Positions 47,316-56,650 of a stretch of DNA of 64,000 nt are shown here, piece after piece. The notes below the pieces were generated by a model that worked only from the letters and a program-made list of their open reading frames with translations, ran no database searches and was not told the origin of the DNA. The position numbers were made by a program, and so were the translations under genes. Source of the DNA: a virus; the IMG/VR virus record IMGVR_UViG_3300031251_000967, positions 11,523-75,522 of that record. The stretch is one strand, 5' to 3'. Numbering within the stretch: the stretch's first letter is position 1; the number at the start of each line of letters is the position of its first letter.

Positions 47316-47443
47316 TACTTGCACCCTCCGGCGATCCACAAACTCCCGACGGTAATCGCGTGGGAGATGATCAGCGGATAGAGATACGGGAGCATGAGTG
47401 CGGTGAATGCCGCGCGGTAGGGGGCGAAGGGATCGAGGATCAT
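47315..47443 (-). CDS. 42-aa hydrophobic peptide
   Basis: Coupled at both ends. Confidence 0.4.
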   Translation of the reverse strand: MILDPFAPYRAAFTALMLPYLYPLIISHAITVGSLWIAGGCK

Positions 47444-47718
47444 GACTGAATGCCCAGCCGCGTCATCAGCGCTTCGACGCCGTCCTTCGCGTCCTTGAGC
47501 GAAAGGCCCGCAAGGGAGCGCGCCAACTTGATCGCCTCGATTTTGGAGATGCCGGCCCGAAGCTGGCGCTCCACTTGGTCGGCCCAGCACACGCCGCGAA
47601 AGGTCTCGACGAGGGTTCGCGGGTCGCGCCGTGCGATGGCGTAGACGAGCGCGCGATAATCGAGTTCGCCGGCAAGAACGGCGATGGCCTCTGCGTGCCA
47701 GTTGACTTGGTCGCTCAC
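47440..47718 (-). CDS. Protein with ribosomal bL12 (L7/L12) C-terminal-like domain
   Basis: KIEAIKLARSLAGLSLKDAKDGVE. Confidence 0.7.
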   Translation of the reverse strand: MSDQVNWHAEAIAVLAGELDYRALVYAIARRDPRTLVETFRGVCWADQVERQLRAGISKIEAIKLARSLAGLSLKDAKDGVEALMTRLGIQS

Positions 47719-48524
47719 GCCGTCACCTCGTCCACCGGGACAGCGGAACGACGGCGCTTGGGGAACTGGAGGACGCCTTGCCCTCCGACGACGCCATTGT
47801 GTTCGAGCACCCATTCGTTGCCGAACTCGACCATGCAGGCGTTCGCGAAGTCGATCGGGAACAGCCATTTGGCGGAGTGCGGGCAGCGGCGGAGCGCCAC
47901 GCCCTTCAACAAGGCTCTCTCGCGCATCGCGTAGTAGAGCCGGGCCTGGAGGCTGCGGCGCTTGCGAGATACGGCCTTGGCGCGGTCAAGGATGGCGCGC
48001 ACGGAGATGTATTCGGCGACGGCGATACGGGCGTCCGCCGCCAGCATCAGCGCATCGACCCTGTTCCTAAGCTCCGTAACGGTGTCTCGCAGGGCGGCAA
48101 CGTCTTCGTGAACACCCTCGAAACGCGGGCTGACGACGCTCTTGACGATGCCGCCGAACTGACCGGCCGGGAACTCGTACGCCGGCTGAGGCTTGCCGAC
48201 CATCCGCTCGCGGACAACCTCGTTTACCCAGGCATGGAACTCGGGCGACAGGTACTTCGCATAGGCAAGTCCAACCTGCCAATGCGCCCACGTCGAGCCA
48301 TTACGGCCGCGCTCACCCACGATAATGTCGCCCTGGCGGACATTTTGCGCCGAGGCGACGTATTCAACGAATTCGCGCGTCGCGTCGATTTCCAGCCATT
48401 TCGACGGCCGCCGGCTGTCGTCGGCACCGGCTGCGCGCCACATATCCGTGAGGTTCAGCCGCTCGCCGCGATCGCGGACAATCTCGCCATTGAAGGAGAG
48501 CGCCGGAAGGTTCTTGTCATTCAT
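47715..48524 (-). CDS. KilA-N domain protein (antirepressor-like)
   Basis: LNLTDMWRAAG, TWAHWQVGLAYAKYLSPEFH. Confidence 0.9.
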   Translation of the reverse strand: MNDKNLPALSFNGEIVRDRGERLNLTDMWRAAGADDSRRPSKWLEIDATREFVEYVASAQNVRQGDIIVGERGRNGSTWAHWQVGLAYAKYLSPEFHAWVNEVVRERMVGKPQPAYEFPAGQFGGIVKSVVSPRFEGVHEDVAALRDTVTELRNRVDALMLAADARIAVAEYISVRAILDRAKAVSRKRRSLQARLYYAMRERALLKGVALRRCPHSAKWLFPIDFANACMVEFGNEWVLEHNGVVGGQGVLQFPKRRRSAVPVDEVTA

Positions 48525-48790
48525 AATGAACTAGTCCTGGTGAAATTAGCCTCGCCGTACATCTTGATCGCGCCGACTAACCGGCCGCTGATCTCATGCA
48601 TGGCGTCGAGCATCCCTGGCGTGCCGGGCTTGCCCATCTCGATCTCACCGATTTCGACGGTGAGTTCATGCATCATTTCGTGCGCGAGGTCGTACAGACG
48701 CTTGGTTCGCGCTGCGGTAGCGGAACCCTTGGAATGTTCAGGACGTTGTTCCCCGTTGAGGGCGGAATGTGCGTGCGACCCGTCCGGCAT
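48521..48790 (-). CDS. Hypothetical protein
   Basis: ATGA-coupled to KilA-N. Confidence 0.5.
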   Translation of the reverse strand: MPDGSHAHSALNGEQRPEHSKGSATAARTKRLYDLAHEMMHELTVEIGEIEMGKPGTPGMLDAMHEISGRLVGAIKMYGEANFTRTSSL

Positions 48791-48792
48791 GA

Positions 48793-48948
48793 TTACCCCC
48801 GTCTGTCCTGGTTGCTGTTGCCGCCGCTTCCGCTGCGCCCCCATCGGACCAGCGCGACACCGAGGCGAGCGACGGCGGCACCGGCATCGCCAAAGGTTCG
48901 TCCAAGGGCGACCAGCGCCCGACCCGCATAGACCGCGAGGGTTTTCAT
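48793..48948 (-). CDS. Hypothetical peptide
   Basis: ATGA-coupled. Confidence 0.4.
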   Translation of the reverse strand: MKTLAVYAGRALVALGRTFGDAGAAVARLGVALVRWGRSGSGGNSNQDRRG

Positions 48949-49193
48949 CCGTTGTCGTCTTCCAGTTCCCCGCGGATCAGGGCGATCTCGCGCCGACGCA
49001 ATTCCAACTCTCTCAGCCCAACGTCGATCGTGCGGGCGAGTTCTTCGCGGCGGCTCTGCGGCACGCCTTCGATGAGCCAATTACGCGCCGTGGCCCAAGC
49101 GATCCCAAACTGTCGCGCTGTCCACTTCGCAGTGTCGCGCGGGGCGAGCTTGTAGAGGATCGCGGGCGATATCCGTTCGACGCGCGCGGTCAT
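48945..49193 (-). CDS. HTH protein at CII position
   Basis: TAKWTARQFGIAWATARNWL. Confidence 0.6.
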   Translation of the reverse strand: MTARVERISPAILYKLAPRDTAKWTARQFGIAWATARNWLIEGVPQSRREELARTIDVGLRELELRRREIALIRGELEDDNG

Positions 49194-49759
49194 TCGTCTA
49201 CCCCTTTTGGGTAGATGCATCTTGCTTCTGTGCATTGAGGGCTTCCCACGGCAATGTCTTGTCCGTGATGACCAGCAAGCACGTTCATACCATCCGGGAA
49301 ATTGAGGCGCGCGAACTCGCCGAACCATTGCTTGGCGGCGCGGTCGTAGGCGGTAGCGGCCTCGATCTCGGTGTCGTAAATACCGATGAATACGCGGTTC
49401 GCCCCACATTTCAGTGCGGCGTGGTACTTCCTATAAACCTTGCTCACGCCCTTGAAGCCGGTGCGAGCGGAGCGTCTGTTCCGATTGTTTTCAGTTTTCG
49501 AGCAGAGACGGAGATTGGCGCGGCGGTTATCAAGACCGTCGCCATTAATGTGATCAACCAACAAGCCCGGCGGCGCGTCGAGGATGAAGCGATGCATCCA
49601 TACGTGGGTGATCCGCTTACCGTCCCGCACGCCACGGCTCGCATATCTGCGGTCACTCGGGTAAAGGCGCGCCTGCCACCGGAACGCCAGAACGCGGTCT
49701 GCGTCGGCGTCGTCGACGATCGCTTCCAGCCCTTTTGTCAAAGGAACGCGCGCAACCAT
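49190..49759 (-). CDS. HNH-AP2 endonuclease
   Basis: MHRFIL..VDHINGDGLDNRRANLR; AATAYDRAAKQWFGEFARLNF. Confidence 0.92.
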   Translation of the reverse strand: MVARVPLTKGLEAIVDDADADRVLAFRWQARLYPSDRRYASRGVRDGKRITHVWMHRFILDAPPGLLVDHINGDGLDNRRANLRLCSKTENNRNRRSARTGFKGVSKVYRKYHAALKCGANRVFIGIYDTEIEAATAYDRAAKQWFGEFARLNFPDGMNVLAGHHGQDIAVGSPQCTEARCIYPKGVDE

Positions 49760-49910
49760 GTCACGCACTCCTGACCGGCAAGCGCTCGCCAAGGGCGGCG
49801 GCGGTGAGAAGAGAGTTTTGCTCCGGGAGGCGGGAGCGGAGAGCGGCCGGGACCAGCGCGGGGGTGCTGGACCGGCCGTTTCCTCGTGCACGTGCACGAG
49901 CGGACGGCTG

Positions 49911-50048
49911 ATGACGGCCGAGAGCTATCTCGAAGCCGCCGCCAAGCTGAGACGGGAAGCGGATAGCCTGCCCGACAATATGCGGCAGGCATGGCTGCGC
50001 GGGGCCGAGCGCTTCGAAGCCATCGCGGCCGAAATCGACACCGATTAA
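49911..50048 (+). CDS. Small hypothetical protein
   Basis: 45 aa, helical, antisense to early-right operon. Confidence 0.4.
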   Translation: MTAESYLEAAAKLRREADSLPDNMRQAWLRGAERFEAIAAEIDTD

Positions 50049-50332
50049 CCGAAAATCAACTTCTCGTCCGGCAGCGCAGTCCGTTAGGCACCCTAAGATT
50101 GAGGGTCCGAACGGACTGATTTCTTTGCTGGCAGGGCCGAGCGGCATGGGGGTGCCTGAGTGGGGTTTAGGTCGGGGGAAGGCGCAGGCGTGCTAGGCGG
50201 TTACGATCGGCCTACGCGTGTACGTGCATGTGCGGGAGCCGGCGGGCCCCTGGTGGAAGGGGCCAATCCGCCCGCCGGGCCGCTCCACGGCGCTCTCCGA
50301 ACGGCCGAAGGAAAGAGCGCTGCGGAAGAGGG

Positions 50333-50578
50333 TCATCGCGTGATGGCGTCCTTAGAGTCTTTCGCGCACGCTTCCGTGTGCGCGGATAGCCATGCTTGAT
50401 TGAAGTCGTTCGCCGTGACGTGGCCGTCCGTAACCGCTTCGATCTTCGCTATGATTTCAGGACGAGGCCGCCGGATGCCGCGCTCGTAGCGGCTCATGGA
50501 GACCTCGGTTACGCCAACCCTCGCGGCGATTTCCGCTAGGGTAACGTTCGCGCTGTTTCGATATTCACTGAGCTGCAT
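50333..50578 (-). CDS. cro: Cro-like repressor
   Basis: HTH TLAEIAARVGVTEVSMSRYERG; TDGHVTANDF; divergent from cI. Confidence 0.85.
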   Translation of the reverse strand: MQLSEYRNSANVTLAEIAARVGVTEVSMSRYERGIRRPRPEIIAKIEAVTDGHVTANDFNQAWLSAHTEACAKDSKDAITR

Positions 50579-50584
50579 GCGCCC

Positions 50585-50613
50585 ACACTAACCGCACCGG
50601 TAAGAGATGTCAA
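50585..50613 (-). promoter_or_regulatory. pR promoter
   Basis: TTGACA-17 nt-TAGTGT, 6 nt before cro ATG. Confidence 0.8.
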
Positions 50614-50650
50614 CCGAAACGGAAAGTGACTTACCTTACCAAAACGGTAA
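50589..50650. promoter_or_regulatory. oR: three 15-bp operators (50589, 50611, 50636)
   Basis: TAACCGCACCGGTAA, CAACCGAAACGGAAA, TTACCAAAACGGTAA. Confidence 0.8.
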
Positions 50651-50693
50651 GACTCCTGGCATATGGACTTTTGGTCAGAGAGGCGAGCGGCGC

Positions 50694-51359
50694 ATGAACA
50701 ATTTGCGCGCAATTAGAGAGATGCGGGGCCTTACACAAAAAGAATTGGCCGATCGCATAAATACGACCGATGTATCGGTTTCGCGGTATGAGAGCCAAGA
50801 TAGCAGACTGAACCTGCCACTTCTCCGCCAATTGGCGAACGTCCTTAATGTATCGGTCGGGCAGATCGTGGGCGAAAGGCCCTTGCCTTCCGAAGTGGAG
50901 AAAGTAAGGATACCTACCGGTCAGAAGATAAGGGTGGATGATACCAATCCGGTCCCCCTTCTCCGCTGGGAGGAAATCGAACCTTGGTTGGGCTTGACAC
51001 CGTCCGAGCGTCGCGCGAAACAAAGCGAGAACATTTGGACGGACCAGTCCGTGGATGAAAACACCTTCGCTATCCGGCTCGTCGATACCAGCAACGCGCC
51101 AGAGTTTAATCCTGAGGAAGTAATTATCTTCAAGGTTATGACACCACGTCCCGGCGACATGGTCTTGGCGAAGCGCAAGGGCGCAATTGATTGCGTTTTC
51201 CGCAAATATCGCCCGCTTGGCCCGTGCTCTGCCACTGGACCTGTCGTATGCGATCTCGTCCCCCTTAATCCGGACTGGCCGACTATCCGGCTTGACGGCG
51301 AGCATCTTGGCGTCATCCACGCGGTGATGATTGAGCATCGCCGCTACAGGAAGCCGTGA
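50694..51359 (+). CDS. cI: CI-like repressor (XRE HTH + S24 domain)
   Basis: LTQKELADRINTTDVSVSRYE; SNAPEF, FRKY, LVPLNPDWP. Confidence 0.9.
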   Translation: MNNLRAIREMRGLTQKELADRINTTDVSVSRYESQDSRLNLPLLRQLANVLNVSVGQIVGERPLPSEVEKVRIPTGQKIRVDDTNPVPLLRWEEIEPWLGLTPSERRAKQSENIWTDQSVDENTFAIRLVDTSNAPEFNPEEVIIFKVMTPRPGDMVLAKRKGAIDCVFRKYRPLGPCSATGPVVCDLVPLNPDWPTIRLDGEHLGVIHAVMIEHRRYRKP

Positions 51360-51390
51360 ACCGCACCGCTCCCACTTAATACGGCATCGC

Positions 51391-51441
51391 CTACCGTTAC
51401 GGTAATTTCTGCTGGACACTGACTTACCGATACGGTAGATA
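51391..51441 (+). promoter_or_regulatory. oL operators (51391, 51424) and pL
   Basis: CTACCGTTACGGTAA, TTACCGATACGGTAG; TGGACA-17 nt-TAGATA. Confidence 0.75.
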
Positions 51442-51490
51442 TGATCTCCATCAGCGCCGCTCACCCGGCGAGACGCGATGGAGCCAGACA

Positions 51491-51841
51491 GTGTCAGCAG
51501 ACGGACAGAACAAGCCCCAGACGCCCTGGTCCGCTGGTAAGTACCTCATCGGTCCGAACGTCGAGCAGATCCGGGCGCAAGCGACGCGAGTGATCCGCGG
51601 GCGCATCCCGCAGCAGGTGCGCCGCGAATTGATGGCAGCCGTAAAAGCGGGCGCGCTCGGTCACCTCAAGAAGGACGGCTTGAAGCCGGAAATCTTCTTC
51701 CACCCCGACCACGAGAACGGCGCGATTGAGCGGCAGAAGCGCGAGGCCGCCTACTCCATCGAGTGCATCGCCACGGTGATTGCGCCGACTCCGGTGTCGG
51801 AGCGCATCGACGCCGCTCTCTCCAAGGCAGGTGTCTCGTGA
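51491..51841 (+). CDS. Hypothetical protein
   Basis: GGAG RBS, first early-left gene. Confidence 0.65.
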   Translation: MSADGQNKPQTPWSAGKYLIGPNVEQIRAQATRVIRGRIPQQVRRELMAAVKAGALGHLKKDGLKPEIFFHPDHENGAIERQKREAAYSIECIATVIAPTPVSERIDAALSKAGVS

Positions 51842-51864
51842 CGGCGCAGCGGGAGAGCGAGGCG

Positions 51865-52233
51865 ATGACGCCGGCAGAGATCCTGCGGGAGGCGATGGAG
51901 AACATGACTTCTCCGACGCCATGGTCGACTTGGATGCAGGATGATCTTGTCGTCATCACCGACGCGGACGGCGAGTTGGTCTGCGATCTCGGTAGCGACA
52001 ATCTCGACGCTGAAGACCCGGAAGAGGCGCCGATCAAGGCCCGCCTTCACGCCGACGCTGACCTGATCGTCACCGCAGTCAACAGCCACATCTCCTTGCT
52101 GGCGGCAGCAAAAGCGTCGCTTGAAGAACTCGAATGCTTCAACCGCATGCCAATGGCGAGCGGAACGCTTGATGACGTGATCTCCCGGCTACGTGCCGCC
52201 ATTTCCCTCGCCGAGCAGGGAGACGCACCGTGA
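51865..52233 (+). CDS. Hypothetical phage protein (TPW...ADLIVTAVN type)
   Basis: Motif and RBS. Confidence 0.65.
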   Translation: MTPAEILREAMENMTSPTPWSTWMQDDLVVITDADGELVCDLGSDNLDAEDPEEAPIKARLHADADLIVTAVNSHISLLAAAKASLEELECFNRMPMASGTLDDVISRLRAAISLAEQGDAP

Positions 52234-52427
52234 GCGACACCTATCGGTACCGCAACTCATGGATTTACCTCCGCCCTGGCCACTCCGGCTGGTGGCTCTG
52301 GACGGTGGAATTTCCTGAAGGAACGCCGGAGCCGGAGTCCCTGCCAGACAACCGAGCAGCATCGAAGAGCAATGCGCACGCTGCCGCCCTCCAGTTCATC
52401 GACGCTACTCTCGGAGCCGCACCGTGA
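52230..52427 (+). CDS. Hypothetical protein
   Basis: GTGA-coupled. Confidence 0.55.
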   Translation: MSDTYRYRNSWIYLRPGHSGWWLWTVEFPEGTPEPESLPDNRAASKSNAHAAALQFIDATLGAAP

Positions 52428-52795
52428 GCACGGCATCAGTCATCACGATCGACGACATCGAGCGCCGCCGCCGGGAGATCGAGGCGCTGTCAGACGCCGA
52501 TCTTCAGGCTCGCGTTCTCGAAGACCGCGCCCAATACGTCTTCGGCACGCTCGCCGAAGCGGAGTTCGAGCGCCGCAACTCACCCCGTCCCCGCATCGAA
52601 ACGCTGCGCCGGGATCTTCAGGAGTTCGAAAGCTGGGTGCGCGAGGCACGCGACCGGATCGCCGCCGACGAGAACGACAAGCTCGCCCGCGCCGACCTGA
52701 CGAACGCGATGCTCCTGGTCGCCAACCAGCTCACGGAAATCGCCAAGGAAGAAGTGCGGCTCGGGATGCATGCCCTTCAGCAAGCGGCGGAGTGA
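52424..52795 (+). CDS. Hypothetical protein
   Basis: GTGA-coupled. Confidence 0.65.
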   Translation: MSTASVITIDDIERRRREIEALSDADLQARVLEDRAQYVFGTLAEAEFERRNSPRPRIETLRRDLQEFESWVREARDRIAADENDKLARADLTNAMLLVANQLTEIAKEEVRLGMHALQQAAE

Positions 52796-52797
52796 CC

Positions 52798-52986
52798 ATG
52801 CGCAACGGACCTCCCGAAAGCGACTTCAACCGCTGGTACTTCGCGCCGCGGAGTGCGGCACCGGCAGCCTTCTTCATCGCGGCGGCTTGGCCCCATCTCG
52901 GCGATTCCGAACGGATGCATGCCCTGCACCGCCAGTATTTCGGTGCCGCGATGGAGCGGCCGGCGGCTCAGGCAGCGGCGGAGTAG
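52798..52986 (+). CDS. Hypothetical protein
   Basis: GGAG RBS. Confidence 0.5.
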   Translation: MRNGPPESDFNRWYFAPRSAAPAAFFIAAAWPHLGDSERMHALHRQYFGAAMERPAAQAAAE

Positions 52987-52991
52987 AGACG

Positions 52992-53462
52992 ATGCCCCGC
53001 ATTCGCAAAGCATGGCACGTGCGCCCGACATGGTCGGATGATCCGATCGGCGATCTGGTCTACGCCGAGACCGCTGGCAAGGCCCGTTACAAGTCATGGC
53101 TGGACGCTCTCGACGTCTTCCCAGAAATGCGGATCACCGAACTAGAGGTTCGCCGCGCCAAGCATCTCGACGCCGTCCTTCCCGATGAGCACCGTCTTGT
53201 CGCCGATCTCACGGCAGAACAGCGGCACATGGTCGCGCACGCCTTCGGCCGCGATCGGCGGGGCAACGGCTATCGGGAGCACTTCTGCACCGCGCCGGGC
53301 GACATGAACGCGCTTCGCCTCGCTTGGGAGTTCGGGATCTTCTCCGGGCCGCATGGCGAACGCGAATACGGCAACACGCCGGGTTGGTCAGGGGCCTTCT
53401 TCTACCTGACCGAACTCGGCAAGGAAGTCGCCCGGTCAATGCTCCCGACCTATGCCACTTAG
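52992..53462 (+). CDS. Hypothetical protein
   Basis: VYAETAGKARY motif; RBS. Confidence 0.65.
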   Translation: MPRIRKAWHVRPTWSDDPIGDLVYAETAGKARYKSWLDALDVFPEMRITELEVRRAKHLDAVLPDEHRLVADLTAEQRHMVAHAFGRDRRGNGYREHFCTAPGDMNALRLAWEFGIFSGPHGEREYGNTPGWSGAFFYLTELGKEVARSMLPTYAT

Positions 53463-53505
53463 CTCTCCCCCTCCGTCCTGTCACCCCCAAAACAGGAGAT
53501 CCAGC

Positions 53506-53874
53506 ATGCCCAACAGAATCTTAGACCCTGCGACGCTGCACGGCATCTCGGATGCCGAGACGGCGATCCAGAGGGCATGCGACGAGCTTGACCAGCGGAT
53601 CAGGGCGAAGGGGTACCAGTGCGAGCCGACGAAGGTGTTCCGCACCGCCAACAAGGTCGGGACCGAGGTATGGCGCGTCGTCGTCAACATCACAAACGCC
53701 AAACCGTTCGAAGCATTCCTTCAGCAGGACAACCGAGGGAATTCGGTCCACGACAGGCAGTCTCTGCGCGCCGCTGTAGAGGATGCGGCGAAAGCAGTTC
53801 GCCGACTTCCAGCCCTCGACACAGACAGCACCGGCACGGACACGGCGTCCTCCTTCAAGGCGGTGTGCCTGTGA
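53506..53874 (+). CDS. Hypothetical protein
   Basis: AGGAG RBS. Confidence 0.6.
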   Translation: MPNRILDPATLHGISDAETAIQRACDELDQRIRAKGYQCEPTKVFRTANKVGTEVWRVVVNITNAKPFEAFLQQDNRGNSVHDRQSLRAAVEDAAKAVRRLPALDTDSTGTDTASSFKAVCL

Positions 53875-54065
53875 GCGACGTGAGCCTGATCAAGCCCCCG
53901 CGCGACATTGCCGGCGCATTCCCTTGGCTGGCCGGCGCCCTCGAAGCGTGCGCCGACGTCTTGGCTATGCACATCGGCGATGATCCGAAGGCCGCCGAAG
54001 CGCTCCGCATCGTCTTTGACGCCCGCGTTCGGATGGGCGGATTGGAGAACCTGAAAAATGGTTGA
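53871..54065 (+). CDS. Hypothetical protein
   Basis: GTGA-coupled. Confidence 0.5.
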   Translation: MSDVSLIKPPRDIAGAFPWLAGALEACADVLAMHIGDDPKAAEALRIVFDARVRMGGLENLKNG

Positions 54066-54297
54066 CACGACGCATTCCGATCTTGCCGCGCGCGAGCGAG
54101 CCAATCGCACCGGGTTCAGCCCGAAGATCCTGGCTCACGCGATCCGCTCTGCCGAGCCCGATCGCTACGACTTCGAATCCTCCGTCGGGCTGGACACGTT
54201 CGAGCGCGTCGCCTTGATCATCCTGCAAGCGGTCTCGGTGATCGGTCTCGTCTCCTTCCTCGGTTATCTGGCGTATCTGTTCGGGCCGGGGATGTGA
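54058..54297 (+). CDS. Small membrane protein
   Basis: C-terminal TM. Confidence 0.55.
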   Translation: MVDTTHSDLAARERANRTGFSPKILAHAIRSAEPDRYDFESSVGLDTFERVALIILQAVSVIGLVSFLGYLAYLFGPGM

Positions 54298-54812
54298 TGA
54301 GCGGGAAATCCTCATCCGTCCTTAAGGTCGGCGACGAGGTCGCCGCAGCGGTGAAGATCCGGGAAGCGCTGCGCGAGCACGCCGACGACCCGGCGCTGAT
54401 CCTCGATACCATTGAGGGCGAGACTGACCTGTTTGAAGCGCTTGCCGCCGTCGATCGCGAAATCGTCGAGAACGAGATCGTGATTGAGGGGTGCAAGGCT
54501 GTCGAGAAGGAAGTCGCCGGCCGCCGCGCCCGCCACGAACGCGCGAACGAGACGTTGCGGGGCGTGATCCTGATGGCGATGGAGAAGGCGCAGATTCAGA
54601 CCGTCAAGACGGCGACGGGGACGATTACGGCGCGTGCCGTGCCGCCGAAACTGGAAGTCGTCACCGAACACGAAATCCCGGCCCGCTTTTGGAAGCAGCC
54701 GGATCCGGTGCTCGACAAGAAGGCCTTGAATGCCGCGCACAAGGACGGCGAAGAGATCCCCGGAACCCGCCTCACCAACGGCGGCATTTCCCTCACCATA
54801 CGACGGGACTGA
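54294..54812 (+). CDS. Siphovirus Gp157 family protein
   Basis: DTIEGETD, IPARFWKQPDPVLDKKAL, IPGTRL. Confidence 0.85.
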   Translation: MMSGKSSSVLKVGDEVAAAVKIREALREHADDPALILDTIEGETDLFEALAAVDREIVENEIVIEGCKAVEKEVAGRRARHERANETLRGVILMAMEKAQIQTVKTATGTITARAVPPKLEVVTEHEIPARFWKQPDPVLDKKALNAAHKDGEEIPGTRLTNGGISLTIRRD

Positions 54813-54815
54813 ACC

Positions 54816-55940
54816 ATGTCGCAGATGACGGTCTACGCACCGCAGCGTCAGCTACGCCACTACGACGGCACTCAGCTTGAATTGATCAAGCGCACCGTCG
54901 CCAAGGACACTACACAAGACGAATTCAGCATGTTCGTCGAGGTCTGCAAGCGCGTCGGGCTCGACCCGTTCCGCCGGCAGATCTATTGCCTCGTCTACAG
55001 CGCGGACAAGCCCGACAAGCGGCAGTGCGTGTTTATCACCGGCATCGACGGGTTCCGCGCCGTGGCGCAGCGGAATGGCGATTACCGGCCGGATGAGGAC
55101 GAGCCGATTTTCGTCTTCGACGAAGAAGCGAAGGACGCGGTGACGAACCCGCTCGGTCTCGTGAAGGCCACGGTGTACGCCTACAAGCGCGACCAAGCCG
55201 GGCAGTGGTTCCGCATCGCTGGCGTCGCTTACTGGCAAGAGTTTGCCCCGATCGAAGACGAGTGGGCGTGGGTTGATGACCCGTCCACGGGCAAGCGTGC
55301 CCGCCGCCCGACCGGCAAGAAGAAGCTGTCCGGAAAGTGGACGACGATGCCGCAGCTCATGCTGGCGAAATGCGCGGAGGCGCAGGCGCTGCGCAAGGGT
55401 TGGCCGGAAGACCTTTCCGCTCTGTACGCGCCGGAAGAGATGGCGCGAGCGAACCTCGTCGAGACCACGGCGGCCGAAGCCTTAGAGCAGCACCAGCAGC
55501 AGGCGCGACTCGCCGCGGTCAAGTCTTCGCTGTCCATCCCGATCCAGTGGGCGCCGGGCGAACCGATCGAGTTCGTTGCCGACGGTCAGGTGATGGACCG
55601 CGCACTTGCCTTCATCCGCGAGGCCCATCCGCTTCAGGTCAACGCTTGGGCCGAGATCAATGCCGGCGGACTCCGGGAGTTCTGGGCACGGCACAAGGCC
55701 GATGCGCTCGCGCTCAAGAAGGCGATCGAGGCCAAGGCGAAGGAGATCGATGGCGATGTCGGAGCAGATGGACCTTCTGGCGTCGGCACCGGACCCGGAA
55801 CACGAGAAGTGGAAGGCAGAGGCAACGCGGCTGCTGCGGAGCATTCGGGCCGCGCCGCATATGACGGCCTTCGAACTGCACATGCGGGTGATCGCCCCAA
55901 GGCTGGAAGCGCTGGGCCGCTATTCGGCAAAGGCTCGTGA
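54816..55940 (+). CDS. bet: Single-strand annealing recombinase Bet/RecT
   Basis: GLDPFRRQIY, TGIDGFRAVA, WTTMPQLMLAKCAEAQALRKGWPE. Confidence 0.92.
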   Translation: MSQMTVYAPQRQLRHYDGTQLELIKRTVAKDTTQDEFSMFVEVCKRVGLDPFRRQIYCLVYSADKPDKRQCVFITGIDGFRAVAQRNGDYRPDEDEPIFVFDEEAKDAVTNPLGLVKATVYAYKRDQAGQWFRIAGVAYWQEFAPIEDEWAWVDDPSTGKRARRPTGKKKLSGKWTTMPQLMLAKCAEAQALRKGWPEDLSALYAPEEMARANLVETTAAEALEQHQQQARLAAVKSSLSIPIQWAPGEPIEFVADGQVMDRALAFIREAHPLQVNAWAEINAGGLREFWARHKADALALKKAIEAKAKEIDGDVGADGPSGVGTGPGTREVEGRGNAAAAEHSGRAAYDGLRTAHAGDRPKAGSAGPLFGKGS

Positions 55941-55995
55941 CCACCTTCTCGCTCAAGCGGAACTGAAGCGCCAAGCCCTTTCAGAAACGAAATAG
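55750..55995 (+). CDS. Hypothetical protein overlapping bet 3' end
   Basis: AAGGAG RBS; ends 3 nt before next start. Confidence 0.55.
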   Translation: MAMSEQMDLLASAPDPEHEKWKAEATRLLRSIRAAPHMTAFELHMRVIAPRLEALGRYSAKARDHLLAQAELKRQALSETK

Positions 55996-55998
55996 AAC

Positions 55999-56436
55999 AT
56001 GGCACTCGGCAGCGGGAAGCGTCCCAAGGTGCGCCTGATCGACGACAGCGCATTCCTGATCCAGCGGGAGAAGCCGCACGAGGAGAAGCCGCGCCCGCAG
56101 TTCCGGTCAGGGCGACACAAGGCATGGATCCGCTCGCTGCCGTGCTGCGCGATCCACAGCCCAGCTCACGAGGGGCTTGTCCAGGCCGCACATTACCGGA
56201 TCGGGACGGACGGCGGCGGCGGGCTTGAGCCTTCAGATTTCTTCTGCAACCCGCTGTGCGAGCGGTGCCATCTCAGGGTTCAGCACCGCATCGGCGAGCG
56301 GTCGTTCCACCGGCTCTTCACGCAGTACGCGGATCCGGCACGGGAAGCCCTGTTGCTCGCCTTGCAGTCTCCCTGCCCTCGCACCGTCGCGGCGGCAAGG
56401 GAAGAGTTCGAGAGGAGATACGGAAGCAATGGCTGA
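55999..56436 (+). CDS. DUF968/Ref-like HNH-fold nuclease
   Basis: WIRSLPCC, AAHYRIG, PLCERCH..QHRIGE. Confidence 0.75.
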   Translation: MALGSGKRPKVRLIDDSAFLIQREKPHEEKPRPQFRSGRHKAWIRSLPCCAIHSPAHEGLVQAAHYRIGTDGGGGLEPSDFFCNPLCERCHLRVQHRIGERSFHRLFTQYADPAREALLLALQSPCPRTVAAAREEFERRYGSNG

Positions 56437-56650
56437 GCGAGACGAAGTGCTCGTGTTCCTTCAGGCTCTGATGAAGTTCGGCGAGCCGCAACGGCTGACG
56501 CGGAAACATCTGCCGCCCGCCACACACGAGCAGGACAAGGCCCGCCAGCATTCCCGCCGCGCCGGATGGGCGAGCTATTGGGATAGCGGATGGACGATCA
56601 CCGCTGCTGGGCAGGAAGAGCTTGCGCGCCGGGAGGCGGCGAATGCCTGA
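56429..56650 (+). CDS. Hypothetical protein
   Basis: AGGAG RBS; WTITAAG. Confidence 0.55.
   Translation: MAERDEVLVFLQALMKFGEPQRLTRKHLPPATHEQDKARQHSRRAGWASYWDSGWTITAAGQEELARREAANA

Noticed and set aside
52218-52430. GGAG-CGCACCGTGAGC direct repeat flanking a small gene
   Set aside because: Largely explained by RBS plus GTGA start/stop overlap
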